A stretch of 64,000 nucleotides of DNA from an uncultured Pseudomonadota bacterium (GTDB lineage: Bacteria; Pseudomonadota; Alphaproteobacteria; RF32; CAG-239): the NCBI GenBank assembly GCA_949295005.1, contig CASFJL010000002.1, positions 21,507 through 85,506 on the forward strand, written 5' to 3'. Below the pieces are notes generated by a model. That model was not told the origin of the DNA. It did no database searches and saw only the letters and a list, made by a program, of their open reading frames with translations. The position numbers and the translations under genes were made by a program. Numbering within the stretch: position 1 is the first letter of the stretch; each line of letters begins with the position of its first letter. Of this stretch, positions 39,172 to 48,884 are shown in pieces.

Positions 39172-40098
39172 ATGTTTTGGTCAAAAAGCCCTGCTGACAA
39201 GCTTTTAGAAATATTGCCTCAAGTTAAAGGAAAATACAAAAAAGAAGAACCCTTATCTAAATATACTTGGTTTGCTGTCGGTGGACCGGCAGAGGTAATG
39301 TTTTTTCCGGAAAATGAAGATGATTTGGCTATGTTTTTGAAAACAAAACCCTATAATGTTCCTGTGTTTGTTATTGGTGCTGGCTCTAATCTTTTGGTTA
39401 GAGATGGCGGAATTACGGGTGTGGTTATTAAGCTTGATAATAAAAATTTTAAGAAAATTGATATTCAAAAAGATACTATCACCGTGGGAGCCGGTCTTAG
39501 AAACGGAAGCTTGGAAAAAACTTTAATTGAAAAAGGTATCGGCGGGTTGGAATTTTTATGTTCAATTCCGGGAGTGATTGGCGGTTCTGTTAAAACAAAT
39601 GCCGGTTGCTATGGTAAAGAAGTTAAAGATGTGATTGTTTCTGCAACAATTGTGAATGGCTTGGGTGAACAAAAAACAATTAGTGTAGATGATTTGAAAC
39701 TCTCTTATAGAAATAGTTTGTTTCCTGATGATTGGATTATTACTTCCATTACATTTAAATATACGCCTAAAGAATCTGAAAAAGTGGCTGAAACTATTGC
39801 CGATATTAAAGAAAAAAGAGCGAAATCTCAACCGCATAATGTTAAAACTGCCGGTTCTACTTTTAAAAATCCGGAAGGCTTGAAAGCTTGGGAGTTAATT
39901 AAAAAATCCGGTTGCGAAAATCTTAATTTTAACGGTGCCGTAGTTTCTGATAAACATTGTAATTTTTTAGTTAATACTGGGACTGCAACTGCTAAAGATA
40001 TTGAAAATTTGGGTGAGGAAATTATAAAAAAAGTTAAAGAAAAAACTTCTATCACATTAGAATGGGAAGTTAAACGTGTGGGTATTGATAAAAAATAA
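39172..40098 (+). CDS. murB: UDP-N-acetylenolpyruvoylglucosamine reductase
   Basis: FAD-binding domain (GAGSNLLVRDGG), plus GSTFKNP and C-terminal domain motifs. Confidence 0.94.
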   Translation: MFWSKSPADKLLEILPQVKGKYKKEEPLSKYTWFAVGGPAEVMFFPENEDDLAMFLKTKPYNVPVFVIGAGSNLLVRDGGITGVVIKLDNKNFKKIDIQKDTITVGAGLRNGSLEKTLIEKGIGGLEFLCSIPGVIGGSVKTNAGCYGKEVKDVIVSATIVNGLGEQKTISVDDLKLSYRNSLFPDDWIITSITFKYTPKESEKVAETIADIKEKRAKSQPHNVKTAGSTFKNPEGLKAWELIKKSGCENLNFNGAVVSDKHCNFLVNTGTATAKDIENLGEEIIKKVKEKTSITLEWEVKRVGIDKK

Positions 40099-40100
40099 TT

Positions 40101-40982
40101 ATGACAAACGAGCCTGAAACGAATACGCAAAATAATACAGATATTCCCATAAAAAAGGATAATAAAATTTATGAGCCTCAAGAATTTGGGATGCGCTTGC
40201 TTGCATCTGTTATTATTTTGAGTTTTATTTTTTGTTTGGCTTTTATTACGGTTTTGTTTAATACCGACATGATAGAAAAAAAACTTCAACAAATTTCTCA
40301 AGATTTTTACGCCAAAGCTCAGGAATTTGGATTTGTTTTGGATGATGTGGTCGTTTTGGGAAGAGATAAAACCTCAAAACATGAATTGCTTGAAATTTTG
40401 AATCTTCAGCGTGGTGATAATTTCTTAAAAATAGATGTACATCTTTTGCAAGAAAAATTAAAAAAATTGCCCTGGGTTAAAAGTGTTACCGTGAAAAGAA
40501 AATTTTATCCCAATGTTATTGAAGTTACATTAACGGAAAAGCAAGTTCGTTCCATTTGGCAAATAAATGAAAAATTTTATCCAATAGATGAAGAAGGGCA
40601 TGTGATAAACGCATCTTTTGTGCCCAAAGAGCCGCTTTTACTTATTATTGGAGAAGGTGCTCCCGAAAATATTAATCAACTTTTGAAAGAAATTAGTTTT
40701 AATAAAAAAATTTTGGAAAGAGTTAAAGTGGCTAATTTTATTTCTAAAAGAAGGTGGAATTTGGTTTTGGATGATATTCAAAACGGTATTACCATAAAGC
40801 TTCCGGAAAAAAATGTGGAAAAAGCATGGAAAAAATTGGTCCATTTGGATACTATAAACGGTATTCTTAAACGTAAATTAACCATCATTGACTTAAGATT
40901 AGAAGGTAAAATTACGGTGAAATTGAAAAAAACTGATGGAAAACCGCCGCTTTTGAATCATAAAAAAGAGAATTTGGGATAG
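40101..40982 (+). CDS. ftsQ: Cell division protein FtsQ
   Basis: TM anchor plus POTRA (WVKSVTVKRKFYPNVIEVTLTEK). Position upstream of ftsA. Confidence 0.88.
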   Translation: MTNEPETNTQNNTDIPIKKDNKIYEPQEFGMRLLASVIILSFIFCLAFITVLFNTDMIEKKLQQISQDFYAKAQEFGFVLDDVVVLGRDKTSKHELLEILNLQRGDNFLKIDVHLLQEKLKKLPWVKSVTVKRKFYPNVIEVTLTEKQVRSIWQINEKFYPIDEEGHVINASFVPKEPLLLIIGEGAPENINQLLKEISFNKKILERVKVANFISKRRWNLVLDDIQNGITIKLPEKNVEKAWKKLVHLDTINGILKRKLTIIDLRLEGKITVKLKKTDGKPPLLNHKKENLG

Positions 40983-40999
40983 TTTTTACGGAGGAATCA

Positions 41000-42256
41000 T
41001 TGACACATTCTTTTAATCGACTGACAACAATTGCCGCTTTAGATATTGGGTCTTCTAAGGTGAGTTGTATTATTGCCAGAATTAGTCGAGATAAAAGAAT
41101 CAATGTGGTGGGATATGGTTATAATGCCTCTAAAGGGATTAAAAACGGAATCGTAGTGGATATTAATCAAGCAACATTGTCTGTTTGCAATGCGGTTGAG
41201 GCTGCCGAGCAAATGGCTAATGAACGTATTGACCGTGTGATTGTTAATGTTTCGGGAGATAAAGTCAAAAGCAGTATCAAAAGCGCTTCTATCTCCATTA
41301 ATAAAAACAGACCTGTTTGTGAAAATGATATCAATAAAGTTATTGAGCGCGGTATTAATAAAATTAATGTTGAAAATCATGAGCTTATTCACTGCTTGCC
41401 AACTTGCTATCGTTTGGATAACGGAGAAGACATTAAAGATCCGAGAAATATTTTTGGAGAGAATCTTTCTGTTGATATTTTGCTTGGTTTGATGCCCGAT
41501 ATTATGTATAGAAATTTGTCTTTGGTGGTGGAAAATGCTCATTTGGAAATTGCCGGAAAGGCTTTTTCTTCTTATGCATCTGGCTTGTCTTGCTTGGTGG
41601 ATGATGAAAAAGAAATCGGTGCAACAGTGATTGATATTGGCGGCGGAACAACAAGTATTGCCACTTTTAAACATGGTTATCCGGTGTATTTTTCTTCAAT
41701 TGCCGTTGGCGGAAATAACGTAACAAATGATATTGCTTATGGTTTGACAACTTCTTTTGCTCATGCTGAAAGATTGAAAACTTTGCATGGTTGCGCTTTT
41801 TTGAGCTCTCAAGATAAATCTGAAATGATTAATGTGTATCCGGTTGGGGAAGAAGATGACAGCTTGATTAAGCAGGTGCCAAAATCTGATTTGATTAGTA
41901 TTATTACTCCAAGAATCGAAGAAATTTTTGAATTGATAAATTTGAAGTTTAAAGAGCAAGGGTTGGCTGACATTTCAAGCCATCGCGTGGTGTTGACAGG
42001 TGGGGGAAGCTTGCTTGCCGGAATGAGAGAAGTGGGTTCTATGGTCTTGGATAAACAAGTGAGAATCGGAAAACCTAAAAATGTTTTGAATCTTCCTGAA
42101 ATATTATATTCTCCGGCTTTTTCAACTTGTGTCGGCTTGTTGCTTTTTGCTCTGAATTATACTGAAAAAAAACCAAATAAAATTATTAATAAGCCTATTC
42201 GTTCTGATTCCGGTTTGCTGGGAAGCATTAGTTCTTGGTTTAAGCAAAATTTTTAA
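41000..42256 (+). CDS. ftsA: Cell division protein FtsA
   Basis: ALDIGSSKV, DIGGGTT, LTGGGSLLAGM. TTG start 5 nt after GGAGG. Confidence 0.94.
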   Translation: MTHSFNRLTTIAALDIGSSKVSCIIARISRDKRINVVGYGYNASKGIKNGIVVDINQATLSVCNAVEAAEQMANERIDRVIVNVSGDKVKSSIKSASISINKNRPVCENDINKVIERGINKINVENHELIHCLPTCYRLDNGEDIKDPRNIFGENLSVDILLGLMPDIMYRNLSLVVENAHLEIAGKAFSSYASGLSCLVDDEKEIGATVIDIGGGTTSIATFKHGYPVYFSSIAVGGNNVTNDIAYGLTTSFAHAERLKTLHGCAFLSSQDKSEMINVYPVGEEDDSLIKQVPKSDLISIITPRIEEIFELINLKFKEQGLADISSHRVVLTGGGSLLAGMREVGSMVLDKQVRIGKPKNVLNLPEILYSPAFSTCVGLLLFALNYTEKKPNKIINKPIRSDSGLLGSISSWFKQNF

Positions 42257-42356
42257 TTTGCTTCATAAAAAAATATATCTTGGTAACTAAAACTTAATTT
42301 ATTTAATGCTATTATTTTATAAAGTTTGATTTGAAAATTTTTAGTTAGGAAGAAAA

Positions 42357-44057
42357 ATGTCAATTAAATTAGCTGTACCTGAAAAAACAATTACTCACTT
42401 GAAACCAAGAATTTCGGTTATCGGTGTTGGCGGTGGCGGCGGAAATGCCGTAAATAATATGATTGCTCAACAATTAGAAGGTGTGGACTTCATTGTGGCA
42501 AATACTGATGCACAAGCATTGGCTCACTCTACCGCAAGCAGAAAAATTCAATTGGGTTTGGAAACAACTCAAGGTTTGGGTGCAGGGGCTCGTCCTGAGG
42601 TTGGAAAATTGGCCGCTGAAGAAGCTAAAGATGAAATTGAACGTGAGTTAGAAGGCGCAAATATGGTCTTTATTACTGCCGGTATGGGCGGTGGTACAGG
42701 TAGCGGTGCGGCTCCGGTTGTGGCTAAATTGGCAAAACAAAAGGGAATCTTAACTGTTGGCGTGGTTACAAAACCTTTTCAATTTGAAGGACGTAAACGC
42801 TATGAAACAGCCGAAGCTGCCGTTGAAGAATTTACCAAAGAAGTAGACAGTATTATCATTATTCCTAACCAAAACCTTTTTAGAATTGCTGACAAAAATA
42901 CAACTTTGGCAGATGCTTTTGTGATGGCTGATAATGTGTTGTATGCCGGTGTGCGTTCTATTACTGATTTGATGATGATGCCGGGCTTGATTAACCTTGA
43001 TTTTGCAGATATTAAATCTATTATGCAAGATAAAGGCAAAGCCATTATGGGTACCGGCGAAGCTGAAGGTGAGGATAGAGCTGTTAAAGCTGCTGAACAA
43101 GCTTTGTCTAACCCATTGTTGGATGATTGTTCTATGCGCGGAGCTAAAGGTGTTTTGATTAATATTACCGGTGGTTCTGACATTACATTATTTGAAATTG
43201 ATGAAGCTGCCAGCCGTATTAAGGAAGAAGTTGATGAAGATGCCAATATTATTTTTGGTTCTAGCTTTGATGAAAGCTTGGTTGGCAAAATCAGAGTTTC
43301 TATTGTGGCAACAGGTATTGGTGATGGAAAAAACGCTGTTAAGCCACAGCCAATGAAAAAAATTGTGCCTGAAACAACTTATATGGAGGAAGTTACTCGT
43401 CCGGTTGTTCCGAATGCTGAAACAGATTCAAATTTAGAGAAATTTGCAGCTGTTAAAGTTGAAAATAATTTTGAAGAGACAGAAACTTTTGAAGAAACTT
43501 CTTTGAAAATTAATGATGATGAACTAAAAGAAGTTAAAACCGAAAATATAGAAGAAGAACCTTTAATTCAAAAAACAGTAGATTCAGTTAATTTATCTAC
43601 AAACTTTGCAGATTTTTCTGATTTAGATAATTCTGAAAAAATGGAAAATATGCCTAAAGCATCTGCTCTGTTTAAAGCTATTATTAATAAAAGTGAAGAT
43701 TTAGGTGATAATTCTCAGTATGATTCTCTCTTAAATTCAATGGAAAATAGTTTTGCTCCTAAAACAAGTATTAAACAGGTTGAAGAAGAACCAGAGCTTT
43801 TTCCAAACCATAATCCGCAACCTTTTTCTGCTCGTTCAACTGAAGAAGCGGAAGAATTGATTGTTGATGATGATGAAAGAACACCGACATTAATTGAACG
43901 TGTTACCGGTTTTTCTATTGCACGTCGCAATAAAAAGAAAAGAGAAATTGAACATATGCAAGAGCCTATTTCTCCAAGCTTTTCTTCTACCGGAACTGAT
44001 TATGGTACGGAAGAAAGGTTGAATTTGGAAATTCCATCTTTCTTAAGAAGAAAATAA
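42357..44057 (+). CDS. ftsZ: Cell division GTPase FtsZ with a long acidic linker
   Basis: [11 protein letters not shown] and [14 protein letters not shown] disordered Glu/Asp/Asn-rich linker of about 230 aa. Conserved C-terminal peptide [10 protein letters not shown]. Confidence 0.97.
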   Translation: MSIKLAVPEKTITHLKPRISVIGVGGGGGNAVNNMIAQQLEGVDFIVANTDAQALAHSTASRKIQLGLETTQGLGAGARPEVGKLAAEEAKDEIERELEGANMVFITAGMGGGTGSGAAPVVAKLAKQKGILTVGVVTKPFQFEGRKRYETAEAAVEEFTKEVDSIIIIPNQNLFRIADKNTTLADAFVMADNVLYAGVRSITDLMMMPGLINLDFADIKSIMQDKGKAIMGTGEAEGEDRAVKAAEQALSNPLLDDCSMRGAKGVLINITGGSDITLFEIDEAASRIKEEVDEDANIIFGSSFDESLVGKIRVSIVATGIGDGKNAVKPQPMKKIVPETTYMEEVTRPVVPNAETDSNLEKFAAVKVENNFEETETFEETSLKINDDELKEVKTENIEEEPLIQKTVDSVNLSTNFADFSDLDNSEKMENMPKASALFKAIINKSEDLGDNSQYDSLLNSMENSFAPKTSIKQVEEEPELFPNHNPQPFSARSTEEAEELIVDDDERTPTLIERVTGFSIARRNKKKREIEHMQEPISPSFSSTGTDYGTEERLNLEIPSFLRRK

Positions 44058-44072
44058 CTAATATTAAAGTGG

Positions 44073-44104
44073 AAAAGCACTCTATTCAGAGTGCTTTTTC
44101 TTTT
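44073..44104 (+). terminator. Rho-independent terminator of the dcw operon
   Basis: 7-bp stem gcactct/agagtgc, 4-nt loop, T-rich tail. Confidence 0.7.
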
Positions 44105-44327
44105 GCTTTTAATTTGTTTTACAGAAGACCTTGAATATTAATTTGCTGAATCTTTGTCGCTCTATGAGAATAAGCATGGTCAAATGCAAAGTTTGTATTT
44201 GATTCTCTAGTTTAGCGAAGTAAAATTGACTGCCCTCTTTATTGAATTATATAATGTAGATAATAAAATATTTTATCCCCATCTTATACTCGCTTATCAA
44301 CGGCTAATGCTTTTTACAGTTATATTG

Positions 44328-44350
44328 AAAGGCACCTTTAAGGTGCCTTT
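44328..44350 (-). terminator. Possible terminator of the Cys-rich gene
   Basis: Stem aaaggcacc/ggtgccttt with a short loop. The T tail is weak. Confidence 0.45.
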
Positions 44351-44396
44351 CAATACTATTTTGTTTGTTAGAAATTATTTATAATTGTTTTTTGTG

Positions 44397-47300
44397 TTAG
44401 TATTCCTCTCTTGAAGTTTTAGATAACGTTTCGTTCCAAATTTGTTTTGCTGATGTTTCGCTTGAATTGTTTCCTAACGTTCCTGGGCGACAATATTTAC
44501 CATTTCTATAGTCTGTAAAAGATGAGGATTGTGATGTTTGGCAACAATAGTAACTATTACCAATTTGTTCAATACTTTTATCGCAACAGTGCCCTGTATA
44601 TTGTACAGAACCTATTTTACAGCTTGAAATTGCGTATACTGTTGTCGTTTCACAATTCGGAGCAGTGAGCTTCTGAGTTTTTATTGAGTGCATAGGACTT
44701 TGTGAATTAAAGTAACCTGAGCTATAACGATAGCCGCTTGGAGCTGTTCTAGTTCCCGTGCAATCTTTTTCACACATTACAATACCGTAATAATAGCTTT
44801 GACGATATCCGTTAACAGGGTGATATCCTGTATTACATCCTGTAATTTTGTAATATGTATCTGTGCCACAGCTTTCATTAATTATTACTTCCTTGCTTTC
44901 ATATTTAGCATTTTGAATAGCAGATTCACTAGTAATAATAAATCCTTCTTTATATGCATCTTGAATATTAGGAGTACAATTCTTTACACAAGAAACATGA
45001 GTTTCTCCATTAATTACTTCTTCTTTCTTTGTATATCCGGTTTTGCAACTATATATCCAATATCGGCTTGCACGTTCACAATCAGTTGTTATATCCACTA
45101 CACGTGTAATACAACCACTTACGCCTTCGACTGCCGTACATTCAGCACGACTATTATATAAAGATGATGCCGCAAAGACAGTTCCTCCAAAGCTGTTTGG
45201 AACACAGTCTTTTTCGCATTTTAATGTTCTATATGTATTTCCTGACATAGAACTAACTTTATCAATTTTATGATATCCAGTTTTACAACTACTAATAAAA
45301 TATTTTTGTTTAGTATCACAAGATGTAGATATATAGAAACTGCGTGGTCCGCAATAATTTACACCTTCAACTGATTCACATTCTTCTCTGCTGTCAAATA
45401 TAGGACTAATCACTTCTCCTGAGCTACCAAAGGATCCGACAATACAATCTTTTTCACATTTGTTCGATTTTACGTGATATCCTGCTTGGCAGCTATCTAA
45501 TGAATATTTAGTTTCTTTATCTGTGCAGTCTGAGTTCTTAACTGTACATTCAGAGCAATTTCCATAATCAGGGCATGAATATAATGGAAATGCAGGACAT
45601 GTTTCCGTGCAGTCTGGTACACATTCATTAGAATCATAGTGAAAACCTAAATTGCAACCGTTGAATTTATATTTCTTGTCTTTATCGTCTCCTAAAGTGC
45701 ATTCTGAGTTTTGAAGTGTACAAACAGAACAATCTGCGTTAAGAGGACAAGATTTTAAATCATATCCGGCACAAGTTTCTTCCGGACAATCCGGTTTACA
45801 CTCTCCATTGTCTTCATGAAAACCTGGATTACAGCCATTATATTTATATCTTGTTCCTTTGCTTGTACAATTAGTGCTTTGTAATTTACATTCAGAGCAA
45901 TCTGCGTTAAGAGGACAAGATTTTAAATCATATCCGGCACAAGTTTCTTCCGAACAATCTTTTTTGCATTCTTCACCTTCTAGGTGGAAATCCGGTTTAC
46001 ACCTACTGAATTTATATCTCTTATTTTTATCGCCTCCTAAAGTACATTCTGTGGTCTGAAGTGTGCATTCTGAGCACTCTGCATTAAGAGGACAAGATTT
46101 TAAATTATAACCGGCACAAGTTTCTTCCGAACAATCTTTTTTACATTCTTCACCTTCTAGGTGGAAACCTGGTTTACACCGGCTGAATTTATATCTCTTA
46201 TTTTTATCGCCTCCTAAAGTACATTCTGTGGTTTGAAGCGTGCATTCTGAGCACTCTGCATTAAGAGGACAAGATTTTAAATTATAGCCAAAGCAAGTTT
46301 CTTCCGTGCAATTTAGTTCACATTTGCTATTGACTTCATGATATCCAGATTTACACGAAACAAATTGATATTTTGTGCCACTGGTTGAACAGTCTGTATC
46401 CGTAATGGTACATTCGTTACAGTTTGCATGTTCAGGGCATGAGGCTAAAGTGTATCCGGTACAAGTTTCTTTGGTACAAGTTTGGACGCATTTGCCATTT
46501 TGTGGAACATAATCATCTTCACAGGAATCTAGTTTGAATTTTATTTCTCCCTTGGTACAATCTGTGGTTTGTGTTTGGCATTGAGAACAATTGCCTTTTT
46601 CCGGACAAGATGTTAAATTATAGCCAAAGCAAGTTTCTTGTGTGCAATTTGGTTCACATTTGCCATTTACTTCATGAAAACCAGATTTACACGAAACAAA
46701 TTGATATTTTGTGCCACTGGTTGAACAGTCTGTATCTGTAATGGTACATTCGTTACAGTTTGCATTTTCCGGGCATGAGCTTAAAGTGTATCCGGTACAT
46801 GTTTCTTTGGTACAATCTTTTTCACATTTGCCATTGACTTCATGGAAATCAGGTTTACACGAAACAAATTGATATTTTGTGCCACTGGTTGAACAGTCTG
46901 TATCCGTAATGGTACATTCATTGCAATTTGCATTAAGAGGGCATGAGGCTAAAGTGTATCCGGTGCAAGTTTCTTTGGTGCAGGTTTGAACGCATTGTCC
47001 GTTTTGCGCCGTATAACCACTTTCACAAGAATCCAGTTTGAATTTTATCTCTCCTTTGGTACAATCTGTGGTTTGTGTTTGGCATTGAGAACAATATCCT
47101 TTGTCTGGACAAGATTTTAAATTATATCCATAGCAATTTGATTCTGTGCAGTTGGGAAGACATTTTCCTCCTTCCAAATAAAAACCCATTTGACAGCTTA
47201 AAAATTTATACTTAGTTCCTTGTGATGAACAATTTGAATCTACAACCAGACATTGTTCACAATCAGCATTGGCTGGGCATGAGCTTAAAGTATAGCCTTT

Positions 47301-48815
47301 ACATGAATTTTCTGTACAACTTTTAACGCATTGGCCATTTTCTATTGAATATCCCATATCACAACTGTCTAATCTATATTTTGTTGCTCCGGTTGAGCAA
47401 TCTGCATATTGAACAGTGCACTCTGTACAATGTCCATATTGTGGACATGAGTCTAAAGTGTATCCACTGCATGTTGTTTGACTTTGATAACAATCTTGAT
47501 ATGTGCATTCTCCAGGAGAACCTAGTTGAGCATAACCATTTTCGGTGTCGCAACTTTTATATTTAAAGCACTTTCCTCTTTGACAATCAGATGTTTGATA
47601 TTCATTACTTAAGGTTGTACATATATATCCTGTTGGGCATTTGTCTTGAAATGTTCTATTTATTCCCCATAAATCTCCGCATGAAATTTTTTCACAATCA
47701 CTAACGCAACGACCTAAACTGTCTGCGTGATATCCTGATTTGCAAGGCCCTAATTTGAATCTTTGACTTTCTTCACAAGATGTTGTAACCGAAGTGCATG
47801 ATTCGCAATCCATATTTTCCGGACAGGTGGTCATAAAATATTCTGTTGTGTCACATGTTTTTGCTGAACATGTTTTGGCGCAATATGAATTATTTATCAT
47901 TTGGTAGCCAGCTTTGCAACTATCTAATTTATATTTTTTATCTCCTTCTGAACAATCTGCATATTGCACTGTACATTCCGAACAATTACCATTTTCGGGG
48001 CATGTATTTAAACTATATGCGGCACAACTGGTTTGTGTCTTATAACATTCTTGATATTCACAATATCCAGGTGAGCCTTGTTGGGCATACCCATTGGCTG
48101 TATCACAACTTTTATATTTAAAACATTTTCCTTTTTTACAGTCTGAAGTTTGATATTCATTACTTAAAGATGTACAAATATAACCGGTAGGGCATTTATC
48201 TTGAAATGTTCTGTCCATTCCAGTTCCGCCACCGCATCCAATAACTTGACAATCTTTAACACATCTTCCACTATCATAATGGTATCCTGAAAGACAGTTT
48301 GTTGTCGGTTTGTACCATGGCGTTTTTGCACACTTAGAAGTAACAGCAGTGCATGATTCACAAACCGTTCCTTCGGGGCAGGAATAAGAAAAATATTTTG
48401 ATGTATCGCATGTTTCCACATCGCAATATGCTTCGCAATATGTGCCAGAATCAGAAATTTTATATTTTTGATCACCATCTGTTAAACATGTGATTAATTT
48501 TTTGTATTTTGGGTCTATCGGGCAGGATAAGCACTTTCCGTGTGGGGGGCAAGATGGTAATGTAAAACCAAATTTTTCACAGTTTTCATTACGTTGGTAA
48601 TGAAATGGAATTGAAGAATAATGTGAGAGCCAAACATCATCGTTGGCATTAGGCAAAAACACCGCTCTTGCCAATTGGTAAGAACCTTGAGGGAGAGAAT
48701 TTAGAGTATTGCTATTTTGCTTTGCTTGAATGTTAAAACTTGAAAAACATAAAATAGTGGTCAAAATAGCTATCATTGTTTTGAATGACTTTTTCTTAAA
48801 ATATAATTTCAACAT
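44397..48815 (-). CDS. Giant secreted cysteine-rich modular repeat protein (about 1472 aa), family unknown
   Basis: Single uninterrupted ORF. GGGGAGA RBS before the ATG at 48815. Signal peptide MLKLYFKKKSFKTMIAILTTILCFSSFNIQA. About 168 Cys by hand count. About 17 modules have the spacing C-x4-C-x7-C-x5-C-x2-C-x6-C-x11(14)-C-x10-C. No TM anchor, beta-barrel or sorting signal was recognised. Confidence 0.8.
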   Translation of the reverse strand: MLKLYFKKKSFKTMIAILTTILCFSSFNIQAKQNSNTLNSLPQGSYQLARAVFLPNANDDVWLSHYSSIPFHYQRNENCEKFGFTLPSCPPHGKCLSCPIDPKYKKLITCLTDGDQKYKISDSGTYCEAYCDVETCDTSKYFSYSCPEGTVCESCTAVTSKCAKTPWYKPTTNCLSGYHYDSGRCVKDCQVIGCGGGTGMDRTFQDKCPTGYICTSLSNEYQTSDCKKGKCFKYKSCDTANGYAQQGSPGYCEYQECYKTQTSCAAYSLNTCPENGNCSECTVQYADCSEGDKKYKLDSCKAGYQMINNSYCAKTCSAKTCDTTEYFMTTCPENMDCESCTSVTTSCEESQRFKLGPCKSGYHADSLGRCVSDCEKISCGDLWGINRTFQDKCPTGYICTTLSNEYQTSDCQRGKCFKYKSCDTENGYAQLGSPGECTYQDCYQSQTTCSGYTLDSCPQYGHCTECTVQYADCSTGATKYRLDSCDMGYSIENGQCVKSCTENSCKGYTLSSCPANADCEQCLVVDSNCSSQGTKYKFLSCQMGFYLEGGKCLPNCTESNCYGYNLKSCPDKGYCSQCQTQTTDCTKGEIKFKLDSCESGYTAQNGQCVQTCTKETCTGYTLASCPLNANCNECTITDTDCSTSGTKYQFVSCKPDFHEVNGKCEKDCTKETCTGYTLSSCPENANCNECTITDTDCSTSGTKYQFVSCKSGFHEVNGKCEPNCTQETCFGYNLTSCPEKGNCSQCQTQTTDCTKGEIKFKLDSCEDDYVPQNGKCVQTCTKETCTGYTLASCPEHANCNECTITDTDCSTSGTKYQFVSCKSGYHEVNSKCELNCTEETCFGYNLKSCPLNAECSECTLQTTECTLGGDKNKRYKFSRCKPGFHLEGEECKKDCSEETCAGYNLKSCPLNAECSECTLQTTECTLGGDKNKRYKFSRCKPDFHLEGEECKKDCSEETCAGYDLKSCPLNADCSECKLQSTNCTSKGTRYKYNGCNPGFHEDNGECKPDCPEETCAGYDLKSCPLNADCSVCTLQNSECTLGDDKDKKYKFNGCNLGFHYDSNECVPDCTETCPAFPLYSCPDYGNCSECTVKNSDCTDKETKYSLDSCQAGYHVKSNKCEKDCIVGSFGSSGEVISPIFDSREECESVEGVNYCGPRSFYISTSCDTKQKYFISSCKTGYHKIDKVSSMSGNTYRTLKCEKDCVPNSFGGTVFAASSLYNSRAECTAVEGVSGCITRVVDITTDCERASRYWIYSCKTGYTKKEEVINGETHVSCVKNCTPNIQDAYKEGFIITSESAIQNAKYESKEVIINESCGTDTYYKITGCNTGYHPVNGYRQSYYYGIVMCEKDCTGTRTAPSGYRYSSGYFNSQSPMHSIKTQKLTAPNCETTTVYAISSCKIGSVQYTGHCCDKSIEQIGNSYYCCQTSQSSSFTDYRNGKYCRPGTLGNNSSETSAKQIWNETLSKTSREEY
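45447..48425 (-). repeat. Intragenic tandem repeat block (168-177-bp modules, plus a 555-bp super-repeat)
   Basis: Two super-repeats of about 185 aa at 47319..48425. Modules of 55-59 aa at 45447..47318. Near-identical 177-bp neighbours at 45957..46133 and 46134..46310. Confidence 0.9.
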
Positions 48816-48849
48816 AATACATCTCCCCAATACAATATCCCCATTATCC

Positions 48850-48877
48850 ATTATATATATTTTTTGTTTTTTTTCAA
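48850..48877 (-). promoter_or_regulatory. Candidate sigma70-type promoter for the Cys-rich gene
   Basis: Minus strand reads TTGAAA (48877..48872), 16 nt, TATAAT (48855..48850), about 35 nt upstream of the ATG at 48815. An AT-rich genome makes chance matches likely. Confidence 0.35.
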
Positions 48878-48884
48878 GAAGATT

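Noticed and set aside
39828-40301. 157-aa minus-strand ORF spanning the murB/ftsQ junction
   Set aside because: It overlaps two well-supported plus-strand genes of a tight operon and has no motifs.
41039-43288. Antisense ORFs inside ftsA (41039..41674) and ftsZ (42750..43100, 42800..43288)
   Set aside because: Shadow frames of conserved division genes. Their composition mirrors the sense-strand codon bias.
44164-44202. 12-codon mini-ORF MRISMVKCKVCI with a CxxC, in the 220-bp spacer between the ftsZ and Cys-rich-gene terminators
   Set aside because: No RBS, very short, and easily a chance ORF. I saw no convincing RNA structure in the spacer either.
48816-48851. Upstream Met (MDNGDIVLGRCI) for the Cys-rich protein
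   Set aside because: It has no RBS and would overlap the candidate -10 box. The ATG at 48815 has a GGGGAGA RBS and begins a proper signal peptide.
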